DNA from: Octopus vulgaris
Lineage: Eukaryota
Direction of reading: 5' to 3'
DNA length: 64,000 nucleotides
Assembly (NCBI GenBank): GCA_951406725.2
Contig: OX597829.1
Span: forward strand, 35,340,001 to 35,404,000
Part shown: positions 13,601 to 27,300 of the stretch, one piece after another
How positions within the stretch are numbered: position 1 is the stretch's first letter
Layout: each line of letters starts with the position of its first letter
Notes under the pieces: model-generated
Told to the model about the DNA's origin: nothing
Databases searched by the model: none
The model's input: the letters and a program-made list of their open reading frames with translations, nothing else
Position numbers and translations under genes: made by a program

Positions 13601-13944
13601 AAATAGAAAGTGGGAGTGAGATTATCAGAGAAAACTATCGATGTGTATATGATGTCTCCGAAATAACATGAAAAGATACTATAATTTTTACTAGTAAACT
13701 GGCGTTGCCACACAGGCGTGATTTTGTCACACATCTCAAGTCGTCGATTAGAAATGGTAAAATATGTTCAATGGGATATACACCACGCATACATGCACAC
13801 ATATACGTATACATACGCACACACACGCGCGTGCGCAAGCACTTACACACACGCACACGCACACATACTCGCATGTAGGTCTTTCATAACAAAATACCAG
13901 TCAAGTTCTGGGTTTGATGGTATTTATCCAAGTTTTTGAATGGT

Positions 13945-14215
13945 CCATTATTTTATCGACCTTACTGAAATATAATGCAAAGTTGACTTCGGCGGTATTT
14001 GAACAAAGAACGCAAACAATCGGAGCAAATATGGAAAGGCATTTTCTCGATGCTCTAACAACCTCGGCACTTTACTTATATCTTTAATAATAATAATGAT
14101 TTCAAATTTAGTACATAGCTAGCAAGTTTGGAGTAGAGGGTAAGTCGATTACATCAACCCCAGTATTCAAATGCCTCTAAGCATTTTGCCCGGCGTGCTA
14201 ACGATTCAACCAGCC
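13945..14215 (-). mobile_element. Two decayed copies of the abundant SINE (octopus OK-like family)
   Basis: Reverse-complement similarity to 14247-14465 (AAAGTTGACTTCGGCGG, GCATTTTGCCCGGCGTGCTAACGATTC). Confidence 0.7.
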
Positions 14216-14246
14216 TTCGTTCTATCTTTAATAACAATGAATACTA

Positions 14247-14465
14247 GGCGGTGAGTTGGCAGACTCGTTAGCACTCCGGTCCAAATACTTAGTGGCATTT
14301 AGCAGTCTGCACGTTCTGAGTTCAAATTCCACCGATGTCAACTTTGCCCTTCATCTTTAAGGGGTCGATAAAATAAGTACCAGTTGAACACTCTGGGTCG
14401 ATGTAGTTGATTTATCCCTTCACCGAAATTTTCTGGCCCTGTGCTCAAATTTGAAGGCAATAATA
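14247..14465 (+). mobile_element. tRNA-derived SINE (octopus OK-like family)
   Basis: GGCGGTGAGTTGGCAGA head, GAGTTCAAATTCC B box, GGGGTCGATAAAATAAGTACCAG body. Other copies lie at ~12415-12545, 19575-19740, 21750-21962, 35920-36122, 36125-36270 and 39490-39610. Confidence 0.8.
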
Positions 14466-16860
14466 ATAAAGAATATATATTGATACGTCTATTTTGACCG
14501 AAAAACAATTCTCCTTTTAACACCCGCCTTTACTAAATCAAAACTAACACCATCACTAATGGGGACTATTTCGCTGAAGTAATGCAATAAGCTAGATTGT
14601 TAGTTCAGCTACCTTCTCTAAAGATATCATGAAGGAAGTACTTTGAAAATGAAAAGAGAATTGTTCAGTAACAATTTTGTTCAATAGGGTGCAGCACATG
14701 GTCACCCAACCGTCTAAACATAGTGGCCAAAATTCTAAAAAAAAAAAAAAAAAAAGAAACTAAAAGCAAAGCTATCCTATAACCTTAAATATATGTTCTA
14801 TTGAATAAAATAGTTCCCGATCTAAATAAAAAAAAATGATGGAATTGTTATGACAGAAACTACATTATGCAACTGGTCTGGAAATATACTATATCAAACA
14901 TTCCTTCGAGCCAACGAGGGAAGTCTCTGCCCGGCCGCTCGACACGCAATTTTTCCCAAATTGCATCCTCCCATCTTACATAAGAAAAGGTAATGGAAAA
15001 CGCAGTCCAATATACACAGATAAATGAGATTATTCATATTTACATAAATACATCTCTGCCGCTCCTCCCTTCACTCTATACACTCCCACCACACACAGCA
15101 ATGGATATCCGTCGTTTTCAACGATGAGTATTCAGGTGTTCGATCAACGGAACAATCTGCACACTGCTTTTGTGTGTGAGTAACTAGAAATACCAAGTAA
15201 CATGTGCTGGTACTTTTTGCATTGTTCCAAAAACTTTTTCTTCGAAGGTATTTTGATGTTTGGGTAATCTATCAAAATATCACCTTTTTACAATTTTTTA
15301 ACTTTTTCATTTCCTCAGTTTTTACTTTTTCACCTTCTGTCTTATTCACAAGTGCTTTTGACTTCTATTTACTTCTCTTAAATAAACTTAACTTCCCCTG
15401 ATTTATTCAGATACAATACTTCACTCTCATGTTTTAGTTTCCAAATCTCTCCTACTAACGGCGTTATTCTGTTGTCATTCTATACGTATACTAACGTTAT
15501 GACAAAGCTTTTCTTTTGAACACGCAGGTACAATCCATCTGACAGCCGCCAAATATCCTTCAAATAACATTCCATCGTCTTTGGCATGAAGGACCAATTC
15601 GTTAATGTAATCCTGAGTACACTCTGTCTTTAGTCACGACTCATCTCAATAAGGACAACTTGACGCTAAACAACTGCAAGTACATATCTTTCAAAGGCAA
15701 CTTCTTAAAGTTTCTCCAAACTACTGGGGATAATGAGTTAGACAATATTCTTGCTCAAGCAACTCTTTTTCTTATAGATGGTGACACCTGGAGCTTCTTT
15801 CTCTGTTTTTAAATAACCGGTTTATAAATTCTGATAAATTACATAAATATTAAAATATCTGGCTGTGAGCATAATGCACGAATTATCAACGGCTCGAATG
15901 ACCATATATAGTCTGTCTCTTTGGTTCGTATTACCTCATATGAGATCCTTTTAAAATTTTGTTCCACAGGGTGAGTAACAAACACTGCTCCCTCACACAC
16001 ATATACATACTCACAGAAACACGTACAAATTTAGAATAATATTTCGAACAGTTTCCATTCACCAACTACAACCCGGGACTTCTTTATGTACCTCTTTCTC
16101 TCCATTGTAATATACAGTCCAGAGCGAAATGTTTTACACCGAATGTCTTACATAGTTAAGTTTACCAGAGACCGTTCAAGCTAGAATCCATAGGTTGAGA
16201 GTGTTTGTATTTGTATATTTTAGATTTTCCGTGCTTACATTTTAAATATTCATGTTTGTTCGAACTTCACATCATAATAGTTTTTCTATCTAGTACCGGT
16301 AACTGCTTTTTACTGTCCAGATTTCAATTAGCGAACACGTTTCGGTCAATATGGCTTTGTAGTATTTAATATCTAACAGCTTGTCTCTACTTGTCATATA
16401 AATGTTTGTCTTATAGCAAAGTCATTCTGTCATTTACAGGTACAGTCTATGACATGTATTTATGCCAAATGTTCCGTACTAATTTCGTGGCATTGGCACA
16501 GTTTTATGTGAGTATATCTAGCAATTTCATTGTGCCTGTTGGTGTATTATTAATATCAGACTCTTCATGATATAATCAGAAAATATTTATTAAAGTTATT
16601 ATTAAGATCGCGTGAATTTTCTTTCAATATTATCACAGATTTAACGCAATGAAGATTAATTTAACTTAGATCAGTAATTGGATTTCGCTAGAAAAAAAAA
16701 CGTTATATCCATCTGATTGCTTTTAGATAAAGTTTTGTAGAATAACATATTTTGACACTTTTACGTTATTTCTTTATACTATTCTGTTTCATCTCCGTGA
16801 TAGAATCAGATGATAATCATTCGTCTATATCGGCCACTGTCAATTCATTAGTTGTAGCTG

Positions 16861-17160
<300 letters not shown>

Positions 17161-17290
17161 CTGCAGGCATGACTGTATGATTAAGAAGTTCGCATTGCAC
17201 CCACGTAGTTTCAGATTCACTTTCAGTGTTCAACATCTTGGGCAAACGTCTCCTACTATAACCTTGTAGCCTCGGGAAAACCATTGCCTT

Positions 17291-17410
17291 ATGCATACAT
17301 ACATACATACATACATACATACATACATACATACATACATACATACATACATACATACATACATACATACATACATACATACATACATACATACATACAT
17401 GCATGCATGC

Positions 17411-17497
<87 letters not shown>
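17291..17497. repeat. (CATA)n + (CTAT)n microsatellite
   Basis: Direct reading. Confidence 0.95.
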
Positions 17498-17563
17498 AAT
17501 ATATCTGGAATAGTTACTATGAAGCATTCTGTACAGTATATTGTATAAAGGATCGTGGTTAAG

Positions 17564-17660
17564 GAGTTATGACCCCATTTTCAAGTAATTGGCGATTGTT
17601 GTCGATGTCACACGCAAATCGGCAAGAATCGTCAATTTTTTGAAAATGGGGTCATAACTC
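17564..17660. repeat. 97-bp hairpin/inverted repeat
   Basis: Perfect 21-bp outer arms GAGTTATGACCCCATTTTCAA / TTGAAAATGGGGTCATAACTC, with continued imperfect pairing inward. Confidence 0.85.
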
Positions 17661-17808
17661 TGAAATATTGAATACAAGGTAAGTCTGCATTAATTCACAT
17701 ATTTGTTTTCTTGTGATTTACCTTGCATTTACTTTGCATTGTTCTGGCCTTACCCACCATCCTTTATACAATATACTCTACACAATGCTTCATAGTAATG
17801 ATTCCACG

Positions 17809-17861
<53 letters not shown>

Positions 17862-17865
17862 GTAT

Positions 17866-18626
17866 ATATATGGATTCAGGACGTCAACAACGATGCAAAT
17901 AACATGAAATATGTAAACAACGAGAAAAAATGGAAAACAGGAGAAGTAAGCACAGAGTCGTCGGCTGTCTATTTACTTCTCATTTCAAACATTTAATGAC
18001 AATATGAGTCTTCAAAGACAGTTGCTTCTATAAATTCTAAAATAAAATTTTGGATTTATGGAGTGCCAAAGTTGGGAATAAAAACATGACAGTGGAGACA
18101 TACAAGGAAGCCGAACGTAAACAAACAGAGAGGACCAGAACCAGAGGAAAATGGTAAACCCTGGGAGAAACATTTTTTTGAAAAAGAAAAAAATAAAAGA
18201 TAGAGAGGGAAAAACACGTCCGTTCTTTTGGAGGTCCGTGCAGGAAAAGAAAGATGGACGTGTCCATCTTTCTTTTATTTACATGTCCATTTTTCTTTTC
18301 CTGCACGGACGGTCAAAAAGCGGACGTTTTCTCACTCTCTTCTATCTTTTCTCTTATAAAAAATATTTCTTCCAGCGTCCACTATTTTCCTCTCGTTCTG
18401 GTCTAACCATCCTCCATGTTTATTTTCGTTCGATTTCCTCGTACGTCTCCACTGCCATGTTTTTGTTCATATTGTCAGTAAATGCTCGAAATGAGGGGTA
18501 GATATATACAGCCAACAACTGATGAAGGGGCCTTTCTCTGTGTTTACTTGTCGTTTTTCATTTTTTCTCGTTGTTTACGTATCTCATGTTATTTGCACCT
18601 CTGGTGACGTCCTGTACCCATATATG
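17866..18626. mobile_element. ~760-bp foldback element in TA repeats (PLE pLTR-like, inverted arms)
   Basis: Left arm 17866-18260 and right arm ~18285-18626 are imperfect reverse complements, with degenerate hammerhead-like pieces (TTGAAGA..GAAA; ATGCTCGAAA). Confidence 0.75.
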
Positions 18627-18627
18627 C

Positions 18628-18661
<34 letters not shown>

Positions 18662-18696
18662 TTTATTTATTATTTAATTGAACGTGTCGCACCCAT

Positions 18697-18770
<74 letters not shown>

Positions 18771-21299
18771 GTATATATATGTTTATATATATATGTATAT
18801 ATATATATGTATATAAGAGCGTATACATAAGTATATATATAAATATGTATGTGTGTGTCTGTGTGTATGTATACCTAAAATAAACAATCATATGTGCGGT
18901 GATCATCGATTATCAAAACGATCTTGCATTCATATCGGATTCGATCCATTAAGAAAACATCCGGTCTGAAACGTGATGTTGCCATCGTTTGCGGCTCGTC
19001 AGCCAGAGGCTACACCGGACTAAAGTACCTAACAGGAGTCGATGACTAGTTAAATTCACAGATGACTTGTTATACTCATTATTCCAGAGGTACCTCTGGC
19101 TCTGGCTGTTCCTGTTGTCCCTTGTTCTAATGAATCCAGTTTACTATGAACATACATTTGTCGTAAAGGAGTTGTTCAACAGTGATTGATCTATTCAGGT
19201 TCAAATCTACCGGAGTATATTAAGAATGAATGTGCAAGTCATTGTTTTATTTCTCGCTGCTCATTGTGCATTTTCTGATTTATCAGCGGTTGGCAAATAT
19301 ATAAGAACGGATCAGCAAGCCGTTTGTTCGTTGACGTTATAAATAAAAGCTTAATCTTTCTCCATAAACAAAACTTCCTCTTTCTTTTTGGTGGTTCTTT
19401 TCGTGACGGTGGTGATGTGTTTCAATTACTATTTGCTACTTTGTTTGGCCCATCCTTGTTATCTACTGGTTGTACTACTACACTTGTTGCTGTTTTTGTC
19501 CATGTTTCTGTTGCAGCTTGTGCTGTTGTTATTACTGTTGTTGTTTTTGCTACAGTGGCAGTTACTAATATTCGTTTCAAATTTTGGCACAAAGCTAGCA
19601 GTTTCAGATGGAAGAGTCTAAAATAATTGAATCAACCACAGTACGTATCTGGTACTGGCGCTCCGGCAACATTTCAACGCAGATGAAATGCCGTTAAATA
19701 TTTTGCCTGGCGTGCAAACGATTCTGCCAGCTCGTTGTCTTAGAGGCTACTACTAATATTGCCGGTTATAACTACAGGTATATTGTGTGCTAGAAGGATT
19801 TTGCTTGCAAGCTATACTTTTACTTTCGAAATTACCTCCCATTTATTCATTTGCTTGCTGGTTGGCCAGCAAGGAGGAGTGCATGGAAGCTGTACTGAAT
19901 ATTTTGCTTTGCTTTGAAAAAATATTCCTTTAAAATTTTGCTCCATAAAGTGCGTAACAAAAGTGGTCTACACACACACACACACACATATACACTCATA
20001 TACACCCAAATACACACATACACTCACCACACACTCACACGCGCGCACACACACACAAATATAGAACAAGCTTTCACATAGTTTCCATTCGCCAAATTTC
20101 ACCCACAAGGTGATTGATCAACTATAGGCTACAATAGTTAACGTGCAACGAACCCGAAATCATGGTAATTGAAAATTAAACGTTTTAACCACACAACCAT
20201 TTTTATGTTTATGTACATATACATTATACCTTTAGTTCCGCAGACATCATTTAATACAGTCGGTACAATATATCGAGATTATGAATTATTTTGATATGTT
20301 ATTGTACGGCGGCGGTTTATAGCCGAAATAATAATGATATATTTAGTTTAGTTTATCAGAAATATATGGTGTAAATTCTAAACCATTCTGCATTGTATAA
20401 TGTCAGATATTTTCATTGAATTTCTTCCAGTATGTTCAATAAAACTTCTGAAGTAAGAGAATGACCATTAAATTTTCTCTAATAACACAAGTGGTGCGCT
20501 GCAAAGGTAGATAATTCTGAAGTTGAACTCTGGTTTATGAGAATGAAAGTTGTTGAACTATATGTGATATTGTAGTGGAAGACATTTTGACATTTGTATA
20601 GTAGTGTTGGTAGTAGCAATGCGATATTGATGACTTTGTTGTTTTATTTGTTTTGTTTTTATTGTTTAGTCCCTGGTGAAAATTGTTCCCGCAGAAATAT
20701 GAAGAAAGGCATTCTAGCCTTGATCATCTGATATTTTAAAGGAAATGCTAGATGGCATTATCAAATGGCTACTTTTTTTTTATTTGTGGGAGATACGGCT
20801 TCTATTTCTTGTAGGTCAGTCAACTTCGTAGAGGTTCCCTTGCAGTTTGTTAGGTTGTGGTGATGTTGTGGTATAAGTGTGTTGGAGTTAAGCTACTGGA
20901 CAGTTATGATAAGAGACTTATGTTCAAAATAGATCAACTATGAGAAACTTACCTTTCTTTAAGATATTGCATTGAGCGTGATTTAGCTATTTTTCCTAGC
21001 AAATCAAGAAACCATAGAGAAACTATGTTGGTGTATAGTAGTTTTCTTTGTGAATTGTATTGATTGCTAGAAATGTTGGTATATTGTGAGGCAGTGTTGG
21101 TGTATTGTATAGTAGCGTTTGTATGATATTTGTTAGCGATTGTACAGCATATGGTAGTGTTGGTATAGTGGACGGTAGTGTTGGCATGTTGTTCGTTGCG
21201 TTAGTGTGATGTATGGTAATGTTAATGTACTCTGTAATAATGACGGATATTAAACTTGGTGTGATACATATTAGTATATAGTGTATAGTGTATATATTA

Positions 21300-21577
21300 G
21301 TACTCGCGGTTTTAGGCTCGCGGTTTCGATTCCCAGACCGGGCATTGTGAGTGTTTATTGAGCGAAAACACCTAAAGCTCCACGAGGCTCTGGCAGGGAC
21401 TGGTGGTGACCCCTGCTGTACTCTTTCGCTACAACTTTCTCTCACTTTTTCTTCTGTTGGCTTGCTCGCTTAGCCAGCGGGGTTGCGTCATCTGAAGGCT
21501 AAAACAGTGCGAAGCACATTGTGACCAGCGATGTGTAGCAACATCTGATAACCTGGTCGGTCACATGATCACGTGAT
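21300..21577 (+). mobile_element. tRNA-derived SINE (second family)
   Basis: B box GGTTTCGATTCCC, GC-rich body, ends in a ...TCACATGATCACGTGAT tail. Confidence 0.7.
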
Positions 21578-21749
21578 ATAGTATATAGTATATAGTGTAC
21601 AGTGTGTAATGAAGTGAGCTGTACTGGTATTGTATATGATGGTTTTTGTTTGGTCTATGGTATTGTTGATGGTTGTCTTGTGTATTGTTATGTAGATTTG
21701 AGATGTATGATAGAGGTGACGCAGTATTTGATATTGTTGGTATGTTGGT

Positions 21750-21962
21750 TTCAAGTTTGGGCTCAAGGCCAGTAATTTCGGAGGAGAAGGTAAGTTGATT
21801 ACGTGCCTCAACCCCAGTGCTCAGTTGGTACTTATTTTATGGAACCCGAAAGGATGAGAGGCAAAGTCGATCTCGGCTGAATGTGAACTTAGATCGTAAA
21901 GACGGAAGAAATACCAGTAGGTATTTTGCCCGGTGTGCTAAGGATTCTGCCAGCTCGCTGCC
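21750..21962 (-). mobile_element. SINE (OK-like family)
   Basis: Reverse complement of the 14247-type consensus. Confidence 0.8.
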
Positions 21963-23527
21963 CTATATTGTGTATTGCGTGGTGTATATTAGTATTGGTT
22001 GTTTTGGAATAACCATACAAGTATTACCTTCTTGAAATTCTACGATTTCAACGCATTGTATATTGGATATTACTGTGTAAATATATTCGTAATTTCTTGC
22101 TGTCACTTAAAAGAAGTATTCTAAAAAACAATTTTTTAAAATGTAACATTATTACTTGTAAGCTAATTCCAACATTTGTTTTCTGTTCAATGCTATGACC
22201 CAAACATCCGTTGATCCGATAAGAAAACTGTTGTTTTTGAGTTTTTACCAAATTAATTTCTGTATAAACCCAAACAATTCTTATTGTCTAGCATTTATCC
22301 CGTAGCAACTAATATTTTATGTTTATTTTTCTTATTTAAAAAACAGATTTGTTTTGAAGTTTACGCAGTGTATTTGCTATTACATGTAGTTTATATCTTA
22401 TAATGTATACTAATCCTTGTCAATTTAATCAATAGTTCTTAACATTCATTTATTTTCAGAAACCAACCCATGATCTGATAGTTTTTTTCCAGCATCAATA
22501 TACAGCAATAAAAACAGTATCTGCTGTTCTTTTCAAAATGGAGATTTTCTTGTGAAAAATACAATCATCACTTTTTTCAGCCTGACTTTTATCAATACAA
22601 ATAACTAATTAACCGAGTTTCTTCCTGAACTAAGTCCCTGTAAGACTGTAAACATTTGAAATCATTGAATGTAATATAAGGCGTGACATTTTTTAGAAGT
22701 AGTTTCCGGAGTGAGAAACATATTAAAGATAAAATTCAAAGTTACTTCCTACATACTCTTGCTAGGCCACACATCATTATCACTTTTGTGAATCAAATGT
22801 GAATCAAATTCTACTGTCTGTAGAATTTCCTAAAAATCACAAGAAAGAGAAGTGTATTCACATGCACGTAAAACTGAACTTACAACAGAAACACATCATG
22901 AAAGAAAAATGTCAACATAACTATCATTTACAATAATATGGTACATACCTTGACGTTAGGTTACATCATGTTCAGAAACTGAATAATGAAAAGTAAACTA
23001 CATAAAACACATTTGCAGTAAAAGTAATAATTAAAAAAAAAGTTATAAACAAAGAAAAAAAGGGTAAGTGAAAATGAAGCAAAGTAGAAGAATGTGTAGT
23101 TTTAAACATATACAACGCCCTAGATAAGGTTTCAGAACATTCGTCTGTGTAGTATATGGTCAGATGGCATTTAAAGAGTGCTAATTTCTAGCCTAACGAC
23201 ACAATTCAGAACTGTGCGGTGGTTAGAGAACATGAGCGATCAGTCCTCTCCGATAGAATCTTCATCTATTAAAGGGGCGTATCCCAGTAAATTAGTTCAT
23301 TGTGAAACTAGTCGAGTTGTAGTATCTAAGTTAATGCATGAACCACACGCACAGAAATATATACATACACATACATACATACATACATACATACATACAT
23401 ACATACATACATACATACATACATACATACATGCACATTGATATATATGTATTGCATTTATTACATATATTAGTATATATATATTTATATGTATATGTAT
23501 ATGTACACACACACACGCACACACACA

Positions 23528-24130
23528 TATCAGGTGAGTAAAATATAAGCAACGTTTTGAACAATGAAGAATTTGTACCGGATTTTTGCTGATTTTTGAA
23601 CTTTGAAAGAAAAAGAAATTTGCAGTTGTCTGATAATAGAGACATAAACTTGCTCAAATGCATCAATACGTTAACATTGATATTTTTTCAACGTTTCTAC
23701 AATCATCTGAAACGCAACTGTCAAAGCGCGATATTCGAGCAATTTTTCTATTCAACTTCAACAATGGACGTAAAGCAGCTGAAAATGCTTGCGATATCAA
23801 CGAAACGTTTGGTGAGTAAATGACCAGTGAGCGGTCAGCTTGAAAATGGTTTAAATGATTTCGCAGTGGAGCCTTGAGCCTTGAAGATCGTGTGCGTACT
23901 GGACGCCCATCTGTCATCGATGGCGGTGAATTAAAGACCGCCATTGAGAAAGACACACGGAAAACCGCTCGAGAACTGGCAAAAGAACTTCCAGTTATCC
24001 AGAAAACTGCCTGCAACCATTTGCATGTTATCGGAAAATCAAAAAAGCTCGACAAATGGGTACCACAGGATTTGAATGAAAATCAGAAAATGCACAGATA
24101 TGAAATTTGCTCGTCGCTTCTCCGTAACCA
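23528..24130 (+). mobile_element. Mariner transposon 5' part (HTH region), decayed and truncated by (TA)n
   Basis: IRAIFLFNFNNGRKAAE..INETFG, SLEDRVRTGRPS, TARELAKEL and KKLDKWVPQDL (WVPHEL motif); stop codons present. Confidence 0.88.
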
Positions 24131-24144
24131 GACATATTTATATT

Positions 24145-24189
<45 letters not shown>

Positions 24190-24303
24190 CTTTATATATA
24201 TATATTATATATATATATTTAATATATATATATATAAATGGCGGTGCCCCAGCATGGCCACAGCTAGTGAGCTGAAACTAGATAAAAAAAAATATATATA
24301 TAC

Positions 24304-24337
<34 letters not shown>

Positions 24338-24340
<3 letters not shown>

Positions 24341-24493
24341 CGACGGGCTTCTTTTAGTTTCTGTCTATCACGTACACTCACAAGGCTTTGGTCGGCCCGA
24401 GATTATAGTAGAAAACACTTGCCCAATGTGTAACGCAACTGAACTGAACCCGGAACCATATGGTTGGTAAGTAAGCTTCTTACCACACAGCCA
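24338..24493 (-). mobile_element. tRNA-derived SINE head (third family)
   Basis: Minus strand TGGCTGTGTGGTAAGAAGC...GGTTCCGGGTTCAGTTC (A/B-box-like). Related copies at ~17165-17290, 20070-20200, 40815-40985 and 61120-61455. Confidence 0.7.
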
Positions 24494-24599
24494 GTCTTGA
24501 GATTGGTGCGGATGCGTGTGAGCAACAGTTCCACCCAATCTCACTCTTGAATGTATTATTCGTGTTGGTGGCTTCAAGATTAACTATATGTTGAGCAAA

Positions 24600-25680
24600 G
24601 GGTACAGTGGCACATCTGCTCAGAAAATCAGAATCCCTGGAGTAGTCGTTGCCTGAATAGTGGGAGTATGATATGAGAAAACATACAGCGGTCTAAGGAG
24701 AACAAGATCTATGTGGATGTGATCTGTTGGATTTGACAAATGCATATGGCTCTGTGCCTCACCAAATGTCTCTCCCTAAGGGAGATATACAAAACCTTCG
24801 ATGTGTACTTCACCGGATTTAATACGTGCTTCAGAAGCTTCAGAAGCAGGGAATACCTAATCAACTGGGTTCGACTGGAGGTGGAAATTGCAATGGAATG
24901 CAGTCGCACAAATACTCTTTATTCTGGTGATGTAGGCGCTTCTTAGAGATGCAGAAAGCAAGGAAAAACCAGCAGGACTTGGTGAAGGATGTCAAATTGC
25001 TTGCCATAGATTTTCAACGACGTCAGTTCCAACCTGATATTCAAAGAGTCAGAGACTCGCAATTTGCTTAATTAATTGAATTACTTAATGATCAAGTGTA
25101 GGATTACCTTCAAACGAAGAAGTAGCTGAGTACCTCCTTGTGAAAAGAGAAAATGAGCCAAGAAACTAACTTCGAAGTTTCTTGCTCAAAGTTTACTGAC
25201 TTTATAAAAACAACCTGTGAAAATTTTGGAGAGATGGTACGCCTAGATCCTGAAAGATACCAAACAGGTGATAGAGTTCACTTAGAAGTCGGTGAAGGTC
25301 TCAATAAAACTGACTGCTGTCCATTGCTGGTGAAACGTAAAATGTGGTGTCTCCAGCATATGCTTATAATCATACTGTTGTGGCCGCTACTGATATTCAA
25401 AACTGCCACGGGCAGAGTTGAGGTAGTGGAGCCAAAGATCAACAAATTCGCTGGAAAATGATTAGATGTGCCTCTTAAGTTGTCTCTTATTTCAATTTTA
25501 GAAGAATATAAGGTACGGAAAACAAGACAACAGATGATGTGAGAAAGCTCCAAAGACACAATGAAAACTGGAAGGAAATCGAATGTTCTAGACGCTATAG
25601 CAGATGCTGAAGGAAAGTTCATTTTGAAGGAAGTCATTAGACTTATCCAGACAGGGAGACAAAGGCTAGGTGCAAAGAAA
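24600..25680 (+). mobile_element. Hero-clade (R2-group) LINE RT fragment, heavily decayed
   Basis: DLTNAYGSVPHQ, WVRLEVEIAMECS, KMWCLQHMLI..LLWPLL, KINKFAGK*LDVP and KTGRK...IQTGRQRLG. Confidence 0.7.
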
Positions 25681-26265
25681 TTCAATGGTGGTCAAAGACT
25701 AGCTTTTGACGAACATTCTGGGAGACCCGCAATAAGCAGAACTGAGAAAAAATAGCAGATGTGCATGCAGCTGTGAGAAGAAATCGTCGAATCACCACTC
25801 GTGAGTTATCAGAGGATGTGCAGATTAGTTATGGTTCAGCTCAGTCCATTATCAATGAAGATTTGGGTATGAGACGTGCGTCTGCCAAGTTTGTGCCAAA
25901 ACTGCTTTTAGCTGACTAAAAAGACACCCGGGTTTCAGTTGCGCAAGATCTCCTTGATTGTGTCAAAAACGATGAAAACCTTTTGGAAACTTTGGTTAGG
26001 TCTCTGAGCAGGTATCGCCAAGCTTTTGGCAAAATTCAATGCAAATTCTCTGCTCAACTTGCCCTCTTATGATCAATGTGACGATTACACGCTATGCACG
26101 TTCATTCCACGCACTGCTGTGAAGAGCGAAAGTGAACTAGATCATTAAAACTTAGTGACATGCATAGCAGAGTCCAAGCTCAATCTGTGCCTACCGGCTT
26201 TACTTTACGTGTTTTAAGTTCGTTACTATAACAACAATCCGGATACTTATTGATCAAGCCACGTA
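25680..26265 (+). mobile_element. Mariner-derived element (second subfamily) with internal deletion and 3' TIR
   Basis: DEHSGRP, RRITTRELSEDVQISYGSAQSII..DLGMRR.SAKFVPKLL; ends in ...CCGGATACTTATTGATCAAGCCACG-TA. Confidence 0.8.
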
Positions 26266-26629
26266 TGCATGTTTTTTGTTTCTCCTTTGCTTTCCATAGG
26301 TAAATTTTTGCTATCTAGGTTCCTCATCTACATTCTCGTCACACGACATGTCAAGTGCGAGTTGAGAAGGGATATATATTAACAGATTGTTCTGTTGGGA
26401 TATTTGTTGTTGTTTAGAGGGTTTTCTGTTGCTGTAGTTCCTGTTGTCAGTGATATAGTGGTCCTTGATGGTGGTCTATCCTCTGCCCTTTTGTTGCTGT
26501 TGCTTCTACTCTTGGTGTTATTTTTACTTTCGTTGTTGTAGCTGGTTGTTTTGTGGTTGTTGCTATTATTGTTGATATTCATGTTGTGGTGCTGGCGGTA
26601 GTAGAAGCTTTCTTTCAGCTGTCAGTTCA

Positions 26630-27300
26630 TGTTGTTGTTGGGAGCAAAACTCCTTGAGGTGATTGGTGTTTCCATACTTGTCGCAACGAGGCCTTCTAAT
26701 CTTCACACCACCTGCAATTACAGGCTGAGGATTTTGTTCAGGTCTCAAGTTTCATTTGAATCAGAATCTTTAAACCCATCCTAATCCAATTTTTCTCTCA
26801 GATCTTTTAATTTCTAGTAGCGTGCTAGGGTCTTCCAAAGCCACATATTTCCCCATTTATAAGAAATCTAGTTCTGGTGGTATGGTTTTTACCCAGCTCG
26901 CTCCGAGTTTCAGATAAATCGATGTTAGTGTAAAATGTTCATTTCACGGTGAAGTGCTTCTGGAAATGGGTCTTTGAGTGTAAAAGAACTCGGATCTATC
27001 TATATGCAGGTCCCATTATATTAATGGTTGGCCACATGTTTCTTAAAATATGCCGACATGGTCTGAAGATAATCAACTATACAGAATTGTTTTCCCTTCG
27101 GTTTTTTATTTTAGATCATTGCAGCATATTGAGCGTCTCCAAGACAGGCCTTATTCTTCCTCCAATGACAATAAATTATTACTACAATGCTGGCTGCCGA
27201 TCATTTGCAGGAAAATGTATCCTCTCCGCACTTATTCTTGAAAGAGCTCTAAGAAACTATCTGCACACCTTCTTGCTTCTTCCTTTCTTCTCCAGCTCTG
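26630..27300 (-). mobile_element. L1/Tx1 ORF1 (zinc-knuckle) fragment, decayed
   Basis: RRPRCDKYGNTNHLKEFC degenerate CCHC knuckle; EGKTILY resembles KEKTIVY of the ORF1 fragment at ~30060. Confidence 0.55.

Noticed and set aside
19199-19278. Cys-rich short reading frame (SNLPEYIKNECASHCFISRCSLCIF) after an AG
   Set aside because: Too short, weak acceptor, and the cysteine spacing matches no family I recognise
23240-23320. Possible hammerhead (CCGATAGA...GAAACTAGTCGAG)
   Set aside because: Core spacing is wrong and stem II does not pair convincingly
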